This document shows, one piece after another, positions 40,831-49,343 of a stretch of 64,000 nt of DNA. The notes beneath the pieces were generated by a model. The model was given only the letters and a program-made list of their open reading frames with translations, made no database searches and was not told the origin of the DNA. The stretch comes from an uncultured Candidatus Saccharibacteria bacterium (GTDB lineage Bacteria > Patescibacteriota > Minisyncoccia > Phycocordibacterales > UBA918). Each line of letters begins with the position of its first letter. The stretch's first letter is position 1. The stretch covers positions 340,936-404,935 of the forward strand of contig CAYGJY010000002.1 of assembly GCA_964350645.1 (NCBI GenBank), given 5' to 3'. Made by a program: the position numbers and the translations under genes.

Positions 40831-40903
40831 AGTATTACACTGGCGTTTCCTGATTGCAATGTTTTTTAATCAGCATAAGATTAGTTTCTAAATGTAGATG
40901 TAA

Positions 40904-41650
40904 ATGAATATCAAGGCGCTTTTACAGAGAATACCCGTAGATTCCAGAATTCGTGAGATAACCAAAAACTATCGCGAAGCTATTGGTGTGCCGCTTGGCG
41001 GCTTTGATTCGTATGAAGATTGGGAATCTTGGTCAGTTAAGGTTGCTAATAAAAAACGGGGACTCAATTTCAATCAATATTTTAGGGAGATTAAAAAAAT
41101 TGTTCCCTACAAAGGAGTGGTTAGCAACAATGCTTTCAAGGGAGTGATATTGGATTTTTATTACATAAAGAATTTTGATGTGGAAGATCAATACCAAAAA
41201 TATCGCTTTGATTTATTTGGTGTAGGTTTAATCCTGAATAAAAAGACTGATGGTTTGAATCTAACTAAAGGAAAGGGACTTGAGGATGGAGTTTACATAC
41301 GAATCCCAAGTAACATTGACCCGAGCGAACTAAAAAAATTTGTGACAGAAAAGAAGGAAGTAATACGGTCCGTTCAGATGTTTTTTAATGAGAACAAAAA
41401 AATTGCTTCACCAAAACTAACGTATTTGAGTGGTCTTGAGCGAGATGAAATAATTTCAGCACTTTATGATTACTCACTAAAGGAGCTGGAAGAAATGACT
41501 GGTTTACCTAGAGAGGGATTAAATAGAGATGATTACACTGCTCTAGTTGTAGAGAAGTACCTTGGATTTAGTCCCACAAGTGGAGCGGCAGTTTTGCAGG
41601 CCAAAAAAAGGTTTCGTAGAAAAGAAAAAGGTCTTTGGGGGGACTACTAA
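40904..41650 (+). CDS. Hypothetical protein (possible DNA-binding regulator)
   Basis: 248-aa ORF with a basic helical C-terminus. Confidence 0.6.
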   Translation: MNIKALLQRIPVDSRIREITKNYREAIGVPLGGFDSYEDWESWSVKVANKKRGLNFNQYFREIKKIVPYKGVVSNNAFKGVILDFYYIKNFDVEDQYQKYRFDLFGVGLILNKKTDGLNLTKGKGLEDGVYIRIPSNIDPSELKKFVTEKKEVIRSVQMFFNENKKIASPKLTYLSGLERDEIISALYDYSLKELEEMTGLPREGLNRDDYTALVVEKYLGFSPTSGAAVLQAKKRFRRKEKGLWGDY

Positions 41651-41707
41651 CAAGTAGTTTATTTGTCCTCCTACTTTGAATGTCCAACTCTACATAGACT
41701 GTAGTTA

Positions 41708-41953
41708 ATGCTGTCGTATAAAGATGAAAATGTATATCAGACTTCTGATTTTGCAGAAGCTATCACTTTAAAATATTTTAGTCATCAAATTAAATTTGTT
41801 GACCGAAGTGAAAAACGGGCTGTTTTTCACTTTTTTCGCAAGGACAATACCCAAGAAGTTTTATCGGCATTTAGAGAGCGCGGTTTGAAGGTCGAGCCTT
41901 TTGCTTTTTACCAATGTGAACGTGAGGTTAAGTCTCGTCTTTATAACGGCTGA
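41708..41953 (+). CDS. DUF5659-like small protein
   Basis: YQTSDF..A..L, RAVFHF, LKVEP..F..EVKSRLY pattern. Confidence 0.65.
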   Translation: MLSYKDENVYQTSDFAEAITLKYFSHQIKFVDRSEKRAVFHFFRKDNTQEVLSAFRERGLKVEPFAFYQCEREVKSRLYNG

Positions 41954-41954
41954 T

Positions 41955-42134
41955 ATGGAACTTCCGGAAGAACACATGAAAGAGTTTATCGCTCTATATA
42001 AAAAACACTACGGGGTGGTGCTTAGTCGTGATGAGGCGATACGAAAAGGTAAACAGTTAATGAGATTTGTTGAGATGGTTGAGTTCTCAAGCGATGATGT
42101 AAATGAAAATGACTATGACGTATTTACCCAGTAA
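41955..42134 (+). CDS. Small element-associated protein
   Basis: ATG 41955; EF..LYKKHYG..LS.DEA helical motif. Confidence 0.6.
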   Translation: MELPEEHMKEFIALYKKHYGVVLSRDEAIRKGKQLMRFVEMVEFSSDDVNENDYDVFTQ

Positions 42135-42936
42135 GGAAATATATTTTAATACTGTACCTCATTACATTAAAGAGGATTTTTATGACGCTTCTAAACCACT
42201 TAATACACCAGAATTTAATTTAATAAACCATTTGAGAGTGGTAGCTAATAAGTTCGGGTACGTCCAAGTTACAGCCGATCAGCTAAGGGGTGACGTTTTT
42301 AGTAATCGGATCAAGAGGTGTAGGGTAAATGATTTACTCTTATCTATACGTAACCAGCAGTATATATGGTACGCAGACAGGAAGGGAAACGGAGGTACTT
42401 TTATAATCCAAAATAACTACTGGCTTGTGGCTGAAGGTATTTGGTATGTCGTTGATGATTCTGCTTGGCATAAAAACGGAGGTAGTGGTTTATGTAGACA
42501 GTTACCCAAAAAGGAGGATGTAATGGAGCTGAAAAATCAAAAACGGATGTTTAGAGAAGGTAATCAGATTGATAGTAAGGGCTATTTTGAACAAAAAGCA
42601 GATGCAGAAAACGGAAGTTCTTATACAGATAACGATACTAATAAAATTTACGATCGTACGAATAAGAAGAAAACTAAGACTAAAGACTTCATTCCTAACT
42701 CAAGTATTGATGATCAGCTACAAAGAATCGCCAAAGAAATAGGCGAAGAGCATATGGGATTCGTATTTTTTATTTATGGTAAGCATGGGGAGGATGGTAT
42801 TTTGATTATGGACAAAATTGCCAGAGATCTACGAGACAAGCAGGGGATAAAGAATAAAGGTGCGTATTTTAATAGTGAGGTGATTAGGGAGCTGCAAACT
42901 GATATCGCCATCCCGGTAGAAAAAGGTAGAATGTAA
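42103..42936 (+). CDS. Putative replication initiator (wHTH-like N-terminus, linker, C-terminal IKNKGAYF domain)
   Basis: Two-domain layout like phage replisome organisers; sits directly before the recombinase. Confidence 0.45.
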   Translation: MKMTMTYLPSKEIYFNTVPHYIKEDFYDASKPLNTPEFNLINHLRVVANKFGYVQVTADQLRGDVFSNRIKRCRVNDLLLSIRNQQYIWYADRKGNGGTFIIQNNYWLVAEGIWYVVDDSAWHKNGGSGLCRQLPKKEDVMELKNQKRMFREGNQIDSKGYFEQKADAENGSSYTDNDTNKIYDRTNKKKTKTKDFIPNSSIDDQLQRIAKEIGEEHMGFVFFIYGKHGEDGILIMDKIARDLRDKQGIKNKGAYFNSEVIRELQTDIAIPVEKGRM

Positions 42937-42942
42937 TTAAGT

Positions 42943-44718
42943 ATGTCGTTTCAAGATAGATACAAAGCAAATAAATATTTTCTCTACATACGAAGGTCCC
43001 AAGATGCTGAGGATCGTCAGATGGCGTCACTTGAGGATCAAGAATCTGAAATGCTTTCAATAGCAGATCGTCTTGGACTTGATATTGTCGATACAATTAA
43101 GGAGTCACAATCAGCAAAGAAGCCAGGACGACCGAAATTTAATGAGATGCTTGCTCGCATCCATTCCGGTGAAGCAGATGGAATTCTGTGCTGGAAGATT
43201 AATCGTCTGGCTCGTAATCCAGTTGATGGTGGACAAATCTCTTGGTTATTACAGCAGGAGATTATTAAGCATATACAGACGTATTCGAGAGACTACCAGC
43301 CGACTGACAATGTGATTATGATGGCGGTTGAGCTTGGAATGGCTAATCAGTTTGTTAATGACCTCAGTGTTGATGTAAAGCGTGGAATGAGAAATAAAGC
43401 AGAGCGTGGTTGGAATCCTCAAAGACTATTGCCATCAGGTTACAAACACAATAAGGGATATGAAAAAGGTGAAGCTGAGATACTGAGTACCGATAAGTTG
43501 CCGATAGTTAAAAAACTTTTTACCGATATGCTGACTGGATCGTATTCACCAGCAGATATTCAAAGACTTAGTCAGACATACGGTTTAATGAATAAGTTTG
43601 GAAGACCACTAGCACTTCAAACGATACATAATATGCTCAGTAGTGAGTTTTACTGTGGTTACTACTACTGGAAGGGTCCAGATGGCTCTGAAGTGCGCTA
43701 TAAAGGCAAGCATGAGGTTATTTTGAGTGAAGATGAGTTCAATCAAGTCCAACGCCTTCTAGGTAAAAAAGGAAGGCCTACAAGAGTCAATAAATTAGAC
43801 TTTGCTTTTAGAGGTCCTTTGAACTGCGGAGAGTGTGGATATGCAGTAACAGCCGAAGATAAGGTTAGGACTTTGTGTACTGGATGTCGTTGTAAATTCT
43901 CCTGCAAGACCCAAACAGCATGTCCTAAGTGTGGTTTAGATATTTCAGAAATGAAGAATCCAAAGATTTATCATAATGTGTATTATCACTGTACGAAAAA
44001 GCGTAAAGACATAAAGTGTACTCAGAGTGTTATTGATGAAAAAGTACTGAAGAAACAAGTGTACTCAAAGTTGGGTGAAGTTGAGATTGATAAAGATTTC
44101 TATAATTGGGCTGTTGCAGCTTTAAAACATACTCATGGTGATGAGATGGAGACTCAAAGTGACATTTTGAAACATCTCAATGATCGCTCTGTTTCTATTC
44201 AGGCACGTATTGATAAATTGGTACTAATGAGGGCTGATGGTGAGATTTCTAGTGACCAGCTTGCTCGAATGACTGCTGAAGCAGAAAAGGATCTTAAGGA
44301 GGTTGAGAAGGAGCAGAAGCGTTTGCATGCAAGAATGACGGAGTGGTCCAGTACCGCAGATAAATACCTCACTTTTGCAGATAGGGTACGAAGAAAGTTC
44401 AATAAAGCTTCAAATGAGGAAAAGCGAGAGATGCTAGTGATGTTAGGTTCGACACTCGAAATTACTGATAAAAAATTCAATGTTATAGTCGCGAATGAGC
44501 TTTTAGGTTTCAAAAATGTATCTGTGAAGATAGGCAAGAGATTAGGTAGGTTCGACAATCAAAAAGCCCTTGATATACAAGGACTTTCTGACCAAAAACG
44601 CATGGTTTTTGACGAACTGTGCGCCGGGTTGGATTCGAACCAACGTAGGATAAATCCGACAGGTTTACAGCCTGTTGCAATTGACCACTCTGCCACCGAC
44701 GCGTCTATAAAATTGTGA
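42943..44718 (+). CDS. Large serine recombinase (resolvase + recombinase + Zn-ribbon + coiled coil)
   Basis: YIRRSQD catalytic Ser, ESQSAKKPGRPKF, WKINRLARN, CGECG..YYHC; 3' end runs antisense through tRNA-Tyr. Confidence 0.95.
   Translation: MSFQDRYKANKYFLYIRRSQDAEDRQMASLEDQESEMLSIADRLGLDIVDTIKESQSAKKPGRPKFNEMLARIHSGEADGILCWKINRLARNPVDGGQISWLLQQEIIKHIQTYSRDYQPTDNVIMMAVELGMANQFVNDLSVDVKRGMRNKAERGWNPQRLLPSGYKHNKGYEKGEAEILSTDKLPIVKKLFTDMLTGSYSPADIQRLSQTYGLMNKFGRPLALQTIHNMLSSEFYCGYYYWKGPDGSEVRYKGKHEVILSEDEFNQVQRLLGKKGRPTRVNKLDFAFRGPLNCGECGYAVTAEDKVRTLCTGCRCKFSCKTQTACPKCGLDISEMKNPKIYHNVYYHCTKKRKDIKCTQSVIDEKVLKKQVYSKLGEVEIDKDFYNWAVAALKHTHGDEMETQSDILKHLNDRSVSIQARIDKLVLMRADGEISSDQLARMTAEAEKDLKEVEKEQKRLHARMTEWSSTADKYLTFADRVRRKFNKASNEEKREMLVMLGSTLEITDKKFNVIVANELLGFKNVSVKIGKRLGRFDNQKALDIQGLSDQKRMVFDELCAGLDSNQRRINPTGLQPVAIDHSATDASIKL
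44620..44702 (-). tRNA. tRNA-Tyr (GTA)
   Basis: Cloverleaf with variable arm; loop CTGTAAA. Confidence 0.95.
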
Positions 44719-44830
44719 TAGTACAGGTGACCGGTACGTTAGTATCGGCCACCTGTACGGTGCTATAAACTACCATATCTTTTACAATCCGAAAAGTACG
44801 TCTGCCTGTGCTACTATTTTGGTATTACAT

Positions 44831-45835
44831 ATGAAAGCTTTTTTACTGGGATTGGTCTGTTTGACGCTGTGTAGTTTTGTTGGGCCTGAATTAGCGCAGG
44901 CTCAATTGGTGGCTGAGCCATGTACGCCAGGTATTGATGATTGCCCTAGTACGAACCGTGAAGCTGCTCGGTATGGTACTTGCGAGTTTGTCGAAACGAT
45001 TCAGAACGTTTTTAACTTTGTCATCCAGATTTCTTCAATTCTAGTGGTTTTTATGCTCGCCTTCTATGGACTTTGGTTGGTGGTGTCTGGAGGTAATACA
45101 ACAGTCCGAGATAAGTTAAAAGAGTACCTTGTGAATGTCGTAGTCGGTCTACTCCTGATTATAGCTGCATATGCGATTGTAAACACTATTATCACAATCT
45201 TGGTTGCTGATGAAAAAGTTAAAACTAGCTGGGGTCAAATTGAGTGTATTTATCCAACTGCAGCGGTAGAAATTGAATTATATAGAGGCAGACCAACAGC
45301 GGTACCGGGAGTAACAGAAGGGGCTCTTTCTTCGGCAGCAGTCGAAGCTGGTGTTGTGGGAGTAGAACCATACCGGGAAGCAATTTGTGCTCGAGCTGCT
45401 GCTCGAGGTATCGGCTCTGAGTGTACTAAGATATTGGCACTTATGTCGGTTGAGTCCGCGGGACGACCATCGGTTGAAAGTCCGGCGGGAGCGGTTGGTT
45501 TAATGCAAATCATGCCAGCAACAGCCAAGACTTTGGATCCAGCTTTGTCTGGATTATCAGATACCGAAATTAAAAACCGCCTGAAAGATCCGAACTACAA
45601 CCTTGACTTAGGGATAAAATTTTATGCCCAGTTGAAAGAAGAGTTTGGTGAAGATCGCTTGGTGTGGGCGGCATACAACGGTGGACGAGGAGCTAATGGT
45701 GATAGTCGAGATTGTCCAGGTCTTCGCCGTTGGGAGTGTGAGTGGGATAATCCGGCCAAGACTATTCCCAATACTGGTTATAAAGAAACCCGCAACTATG
45801 TACCGAACATTATGAGGGCGCTCGAGAGGTTATAA
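44831..45835 (+). CDS. VirB2-like pilin domain fused to an SLT lytic transglycosylase
   Basis: Signal peptide + 2 TM pilin module; VESAG (catalytic Glu), GAVGLMQIMPATA, AAYNGG, ETRNYV. Confidence 0.85.
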   Translation: MKAFLLGLVCLTLCSFVGPELAQAQLVAEPCTPGIDDCPSTNREAARYGTCEFVETIQNVFNFVIQISSILVVFMLAFYGLWLVVSGGNTTVRDKLKEYLVNVVVGLLLIIAAYAIVNTIITILVADEKVKTSWGQIECIYPTAAVEIELYRGRPTAVPGVTEGALSSAAVEAGVVGVEPYREAICARAAARGIGSECTKILALMSVESAGRPSVESPAGAVGLMQIMPATAKTLDPALSGLSDTEIKNRLKDPNYNLDLGIKFYAQLKEEFGEDRLVWAAYNGGRGANGDSRDCPGLRRWECEWDNPAKTIPNTGYKETRNYVPNIMRALERL

Positions 45836-45842
45836 TATCTGT

Positions 45843-46745
45843 ATGAATATGAGTACGTTATTTCGAGGTTTGCTAGTCGTGTTGATTACCACAGTGTTTG
45901 TTACTCCGTCACTCGTGTGGGGAGCTGAAGGGTTGGTTACCTGCGATGGCGTAGCGTCTAAAGGGGTTGAGTGTAATTTCTGTACCTTGGCACAAATGGT
46001 TGAGAAGGTGATTGACTTCATTGTGATAATCCTAGTGCTGATATCGGTGATTATGTTGGCTGTTACGGGTATTCAGATGGCTTATACAGCGGCCGGCAAC
46101 GGTAACGCTCTTGAGGTTCTCAAAGAGCGCATGACTAATATTGTGATTGGATTTTTCCTAATTTTAGCGGCTTGGACATTGGTGGATACGCTAGTAAAAG
46201 TATTGGTGGCAAATACTAGCGATAATGAAGTGGTACTTAGCTGGCGTACATTTGGTATGAGTGCAAGTGACTTGTGTGGCAAAACATTAAAGCCGGTAGA
46301 AGAAGTATTGTACTCAGCTGATTATGAAGCTTCTCTGACACCAGAAGCAGCAGCTGCTGCAGCTGAGGTTTATCCTGCAGGAGTATCGATTGTTCCGGAT
46401 TTAGAGAGTTTGGCGAGTTTACGTGAGGCAGGAGTTGTCGTGGCAGATTGGCATGGTATTGATGGGCCCGGCCGCACAGATAAAGCCCATCCTTCAGTGG
46501 TGAGCGCTGCAGTTAGGATGAATGAGGCGGCGATTGCTGAGTTTGGTAAACCAATATTTCAGATCACGGCCGCCACGACTGATGGAGTAGGGCATAGTGC
46601 AAATAGTCAACATTATAAGGGAACAGCTATTGATTTAGATCCAATCAACGGAGCGACTACAGCTCAGGTAAAGGCTTTGGCTAAGAGTGCTGGTTGTACA
46701 TTTATCCTAGACCATGGTTCTCACGTTCATTGTGATTTTAGGTAG
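45843..46745 (+). CDS. VirB2-like pilin domain fused to an M15-like Zn peptidase
   Basis: GLVTC..C.FC.L pilin module; HSANSQHYKGTAIDL and C-terminal HVH. Confidence 0.75.
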   Translation: MNMSTLFRGLLVVLITTVFVTPSLVWGAEGLVTCDGVASKGVECNFCTLAQMVEKVIDFIVIILVLISVIMLAVTGIQMAYTAAGNGNALEVLKERMTNIVIGFFLILAAWTLVDTLVKVLVANTSDNEVVLSWRTFGMSASDLCGKTLKPVEEVLYSADYEASLTPEAAAAAAEVYPAGVSIVPDLESLASLREAGVVVADWHGIDGPGRTDKAHPSVVSAAVRMNEAAIAEFGKPIFQITAATTDGVGHSANSQHYKGTAIDLDPINGATTAQVKALAKSAGCTFILDHGSHVHCDFR

Positions 46746-46819
46746 GGTTTTGCGACAGACATAAAAAGAGATTTTGGGTAAAATAATACCTAGCTAAAGC
46801 TGGATGTTTCCTAAAGTTA

Positions 46820-47021
46820 TCTCCCGCAGCAGCCGCAGGTGCGACTTCGAGTTACTAATGATTGTTCGTCATACTTCCTCAAATCATAAGTACTCGTTGT
46901 CACGACTCAGCTATTGCTAAAGCAATATGCTTCCGTCTCCCGCTCGAGTACGAACCTGAAGCAGTTCAGGTTCTAAAAGAAAAGCACGATTCTTAAGAAT
47001 CGTGCTTTTCTTTTACTCGAG
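46820..47021 (-). repeat. Structured trailer downstream of tRNA-Trp
   Basis: Nested hairpins; shares TCGTGACAACG and GAAGTATGA with the tRNA-Gln trailer. Confidence 0.6.
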
Positions 47022-47092
47022 CGGGCCCACGTGGACTCGAACCACGGCCGCTGGTTTTGGAGACCAGAATTCTACCACTAAACTATAGGCCC
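47022..47092 (-). tRNA. tRNA-Trp (CCA)
   Basis: Cloverleaf; loop CTCCAAA. Confidence 0.95.
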
Positions 47093-47149
47093 TTACTTTT
47101 ATCCTCCTTCGCTTGGTGCGCTACATAGTAGGGGAAAGCATGAGTAAGG

Positions 47150-48043
47150 TCAACTAAGAAAATTGCTCACGTTGGATTCTAGTGCTCTCATGTCTGTTTG
47201 GTCAACCCACACAATACTGTCGTCACGTTTTAACCAGGTGAGCTGTCGTTTAGCGTATTGCCAGTTTTTTTCTACCAGCTTTACTCTCAGGGTATTCTCA
47301 TCAATTTCTCCCGCGAGGTATTCCATGACTAATCGATATTCTAGACCAATTTCTGATAACCGTTCGGGATCGAGACCGGCAGCTAAGACCTTTTCTGTCT
47401 CTGCAATTAATCCACGTTCCAAGGCACTGTTCGCACGAACTTTAAGGCGTTCTCGTAGTTCGGTGCGGTCAGTACTAATGCCGATCATGTATGTGTCATA
47501 AGGGGATTCAACAGTTACTGGCTTAGGAACCTTCCCAATTGATTTAATTATTTCAAGAGCCCGCACGAGACGACGTTTGTTATTAGGGTCAATGTGGAAA
47601 GCCCGGTCTGGATCAAGTCGTTCTAAACTAGCAAACAGTGTTTCGTTACTCATTTCTTCGAGGTGAGCGCGTAGAGTTGGATCAGGCGGAACCTCAGGAG
47701 TGCTGATGCGACCAAGGAGGGCATCGATATAAAAAAAGGTCCCGCCAGCAATAATTGGTAGCTTGCCACGAGCAGTAATATCTTCAATCGCTTTAGCAGC
47801 ATCAGTTTTAAAGTCAGCTACCGAATAAACGGTCTCAGGTGGGACAATGTCGATGAGGTGATGGGGTATGCCAGCCATTTCCTCAGTCGAAACTTTTTCG
47901 GTACCAATATCAAGGCCAGTATAGACTTGCCGTGAATCAGCAGAAATAACCTCTCCGTTATATTGTTGTGCAAGCTTGATTGCTAAACCAGTTTTTCCAG
48001 CTGCAGTTGGTCCAACCACTACAATGAGTTTGGTTTTATCCAT
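47150..48043 (-). CDS. miaA: tRNA dimethylallyltransferase
   Basis: GPTAAGKT, SADSRQVY, YAKRQLTW. Confidence 0.97.
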   Translation of the reverse strand: MDKTKLIVVVGPTAAGKTGLAIKLAQQYNGEVISADSRQVYTGLDIGTEKVSTEEMAGIPHHLIDIVPPETVYSVADFKTDAAKAIEDITARGKLPIIAGGTFFYIDALLGRISTPEVPPDPTLRAHLEEMSNETLFASLERLDPDRAFHIDPNNKRRLVRALEIIKSIGKVPKPVTVESPYDTYMIGISTDRTELRERLKVRANSALERGLIAETEKVLAAGLDPERLSEIGLEYRLVMEYLAGEIDENTLRVKLVEKNWQYAKRQLTWLKRDDSIVWVDQTDMRALESNVSNFLS

Positions 48044-48047
48044 GATG

Positions 48048-48129
48048 TGCCGCGAGAGGGGGTCGAACCCTCATGCCGTAAAGCATACGATTTTGAGTCG
48101 TACGTGTATACCAATTCCACCATCGCGGC
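48048..48129 (-). tRNA. tRNA-Leu (CAA)
   Basis: Cloverleaf with variable arm; loop CTCAAAA. Confidence 0.95.
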
Positions 48130-48245
48130 AAGTCGTGTGAGTGTACCAGAAATTCTGAAAGTTATAAACACTGTCTCGAGGTCAGCTATGCTAAAATGTC
48201 CTGAACGAGCACCGCTTTGGGAATAAACGCTCGGAGGTACGCATT

Positions 48246-49343
48246 ATGGCATTTCAAAATGACTCGATTTTTTGGGTTGAAGTAGAAAAAGTAGTCCCCA
48301 ACCCGTTTCAACCACGGCGTGAGTTTGATGAAGGAAAATTGAAAGAGTTGGCTGAATCGGTACGCATGTACGGTATCTTGCAGCCTCTCACCGTCACCCG
48401 ACGTGAGATCCAGCGCGATGACGGGGCATTTTATTCTGAGTATGAACTCATTGCTGGAGAACGGCGATTACGGGCCAGTCGTCTGGCTGGCTTAGCACAA
48501 GTTCCAGTCATCATTCGTGAGGGTAAAAATAACGAACAAGAAAAACTTGAATTGGCAATTATTGAAAACCTGCAACGTGAGGACTTAAATGCAGTTGATC
48601 GGGCACTAGCCTTTCGCCAGTTAGCAGATGTGTTTGAGCTGTCGCACGCCCAGGTTGCCAAGAAGGTTGGTCGTAGTCGTGAATATGTAAGTAATACACT
48701 CCGGCTGCTGTTGTTACCTGAATGTATGTTGGATGGCTTAAAAGTGGGCGATATTTCTGAAGGACATGCTCGTACGTTACTGATGCTGAATGATCGTCCT
48801 GAAGAACAGGATACAGTGTTTCGAGAGATTCTCTTAAAGAAATTGTCGGTTCGTGAAGTTGAGCGCATTGCCCGCAAGATTGCACACGACAAGGTACGCA
48901 AAAAGAGCTGGCATGATACTGACCCAGGATTGATTGAGATTGAAAAGCAATTTACCGAGTCACTCGGTACTCGAGTGCAGATCGCAAAAACTGACTATGG
49001 CGGAAAAATTTCGATTGATTATTTTTCAGAAGATGATTTGCAGGTACTGTTAACTCGATTGCGCGCTGAACAAGGAGTGGCCTCAGCTGCAGGTGCTGTA
49101 GCAGCAATTTCTTCAGAAATGGAAGCCTCTGGCTCAGAAGAAACTGAAGTGCTTAATAAACTAAATGAGCACACACCACTAGAAATAGCAGAAGAACAGT
49201 CTGCACCGGTTACACCATCTGAAACTACAGATGACTCAGCTGGGGAACCAGCAAGTGCAGAAGTAGTACCAGAAAAACCACCAGTCGCAACTCCAGAGCC
49301 AGACGATAGTGAGCTATACGGTATTAAGAATTTTAGTCTTTAA
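48246..49343 (+). CDS. parB: ParB/Spo0J partition protein
   Basis: PNPFQPR, LIAGERRLRA, IIENLQRED, HTH, acidic tail. Confidence 0.95.
   Translation: MAFQNDSIFWVEVEKVVPNPFQPRREFDEGKLKELAESVRMYGILQPLTVTRREIQRDDGAFYSEYELIAGERRLRASRLAGLAQVPVIIREGKNNEQEKLELAIIENLQREDLNAVDRALAFRQLADVFELSHAQVAKKVGRSREYVSNTLRLLLLPECMLDGLKVGDISEGHARTLLMLNDRPEEQDTVFREILLKKLSVREVERIARKIAHDKVRKKSWHDTDPGLIEIEKQFTESLGTRVQIAKTDYGGKISIDYFSEDDLQVLLTRLRAEQGVASAAGAVAAISSEMEASGSEETEVLNKLNEHTPLEIAEEQSAPVTPSETTDDSAGEPASAEVVPEKPPVATPEPDDSELYGIKNFSL

Larger units (their letters stand above)
34993..44624. mobile_element. ~9.6-kb integrative element (large serine recombinase) inserted at the tRNA-Tyr 3' end
   Basis: Direct repeat CTGTGCGC (34993-35000 and 44617-44624) with further partial identity (CTGTGCGCtGaGaTGGA vs CTGTGCGCcGgGtTGGA); terminal recombinase; visibly more AT-rich accessory genes. 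Confidence 0.85.

Noticed and set aside
34993-44624. Complete prophage or ICE
   Set aside because: No structural, lysis, relaxase or conjugation genes are recognisable within the boundaries.
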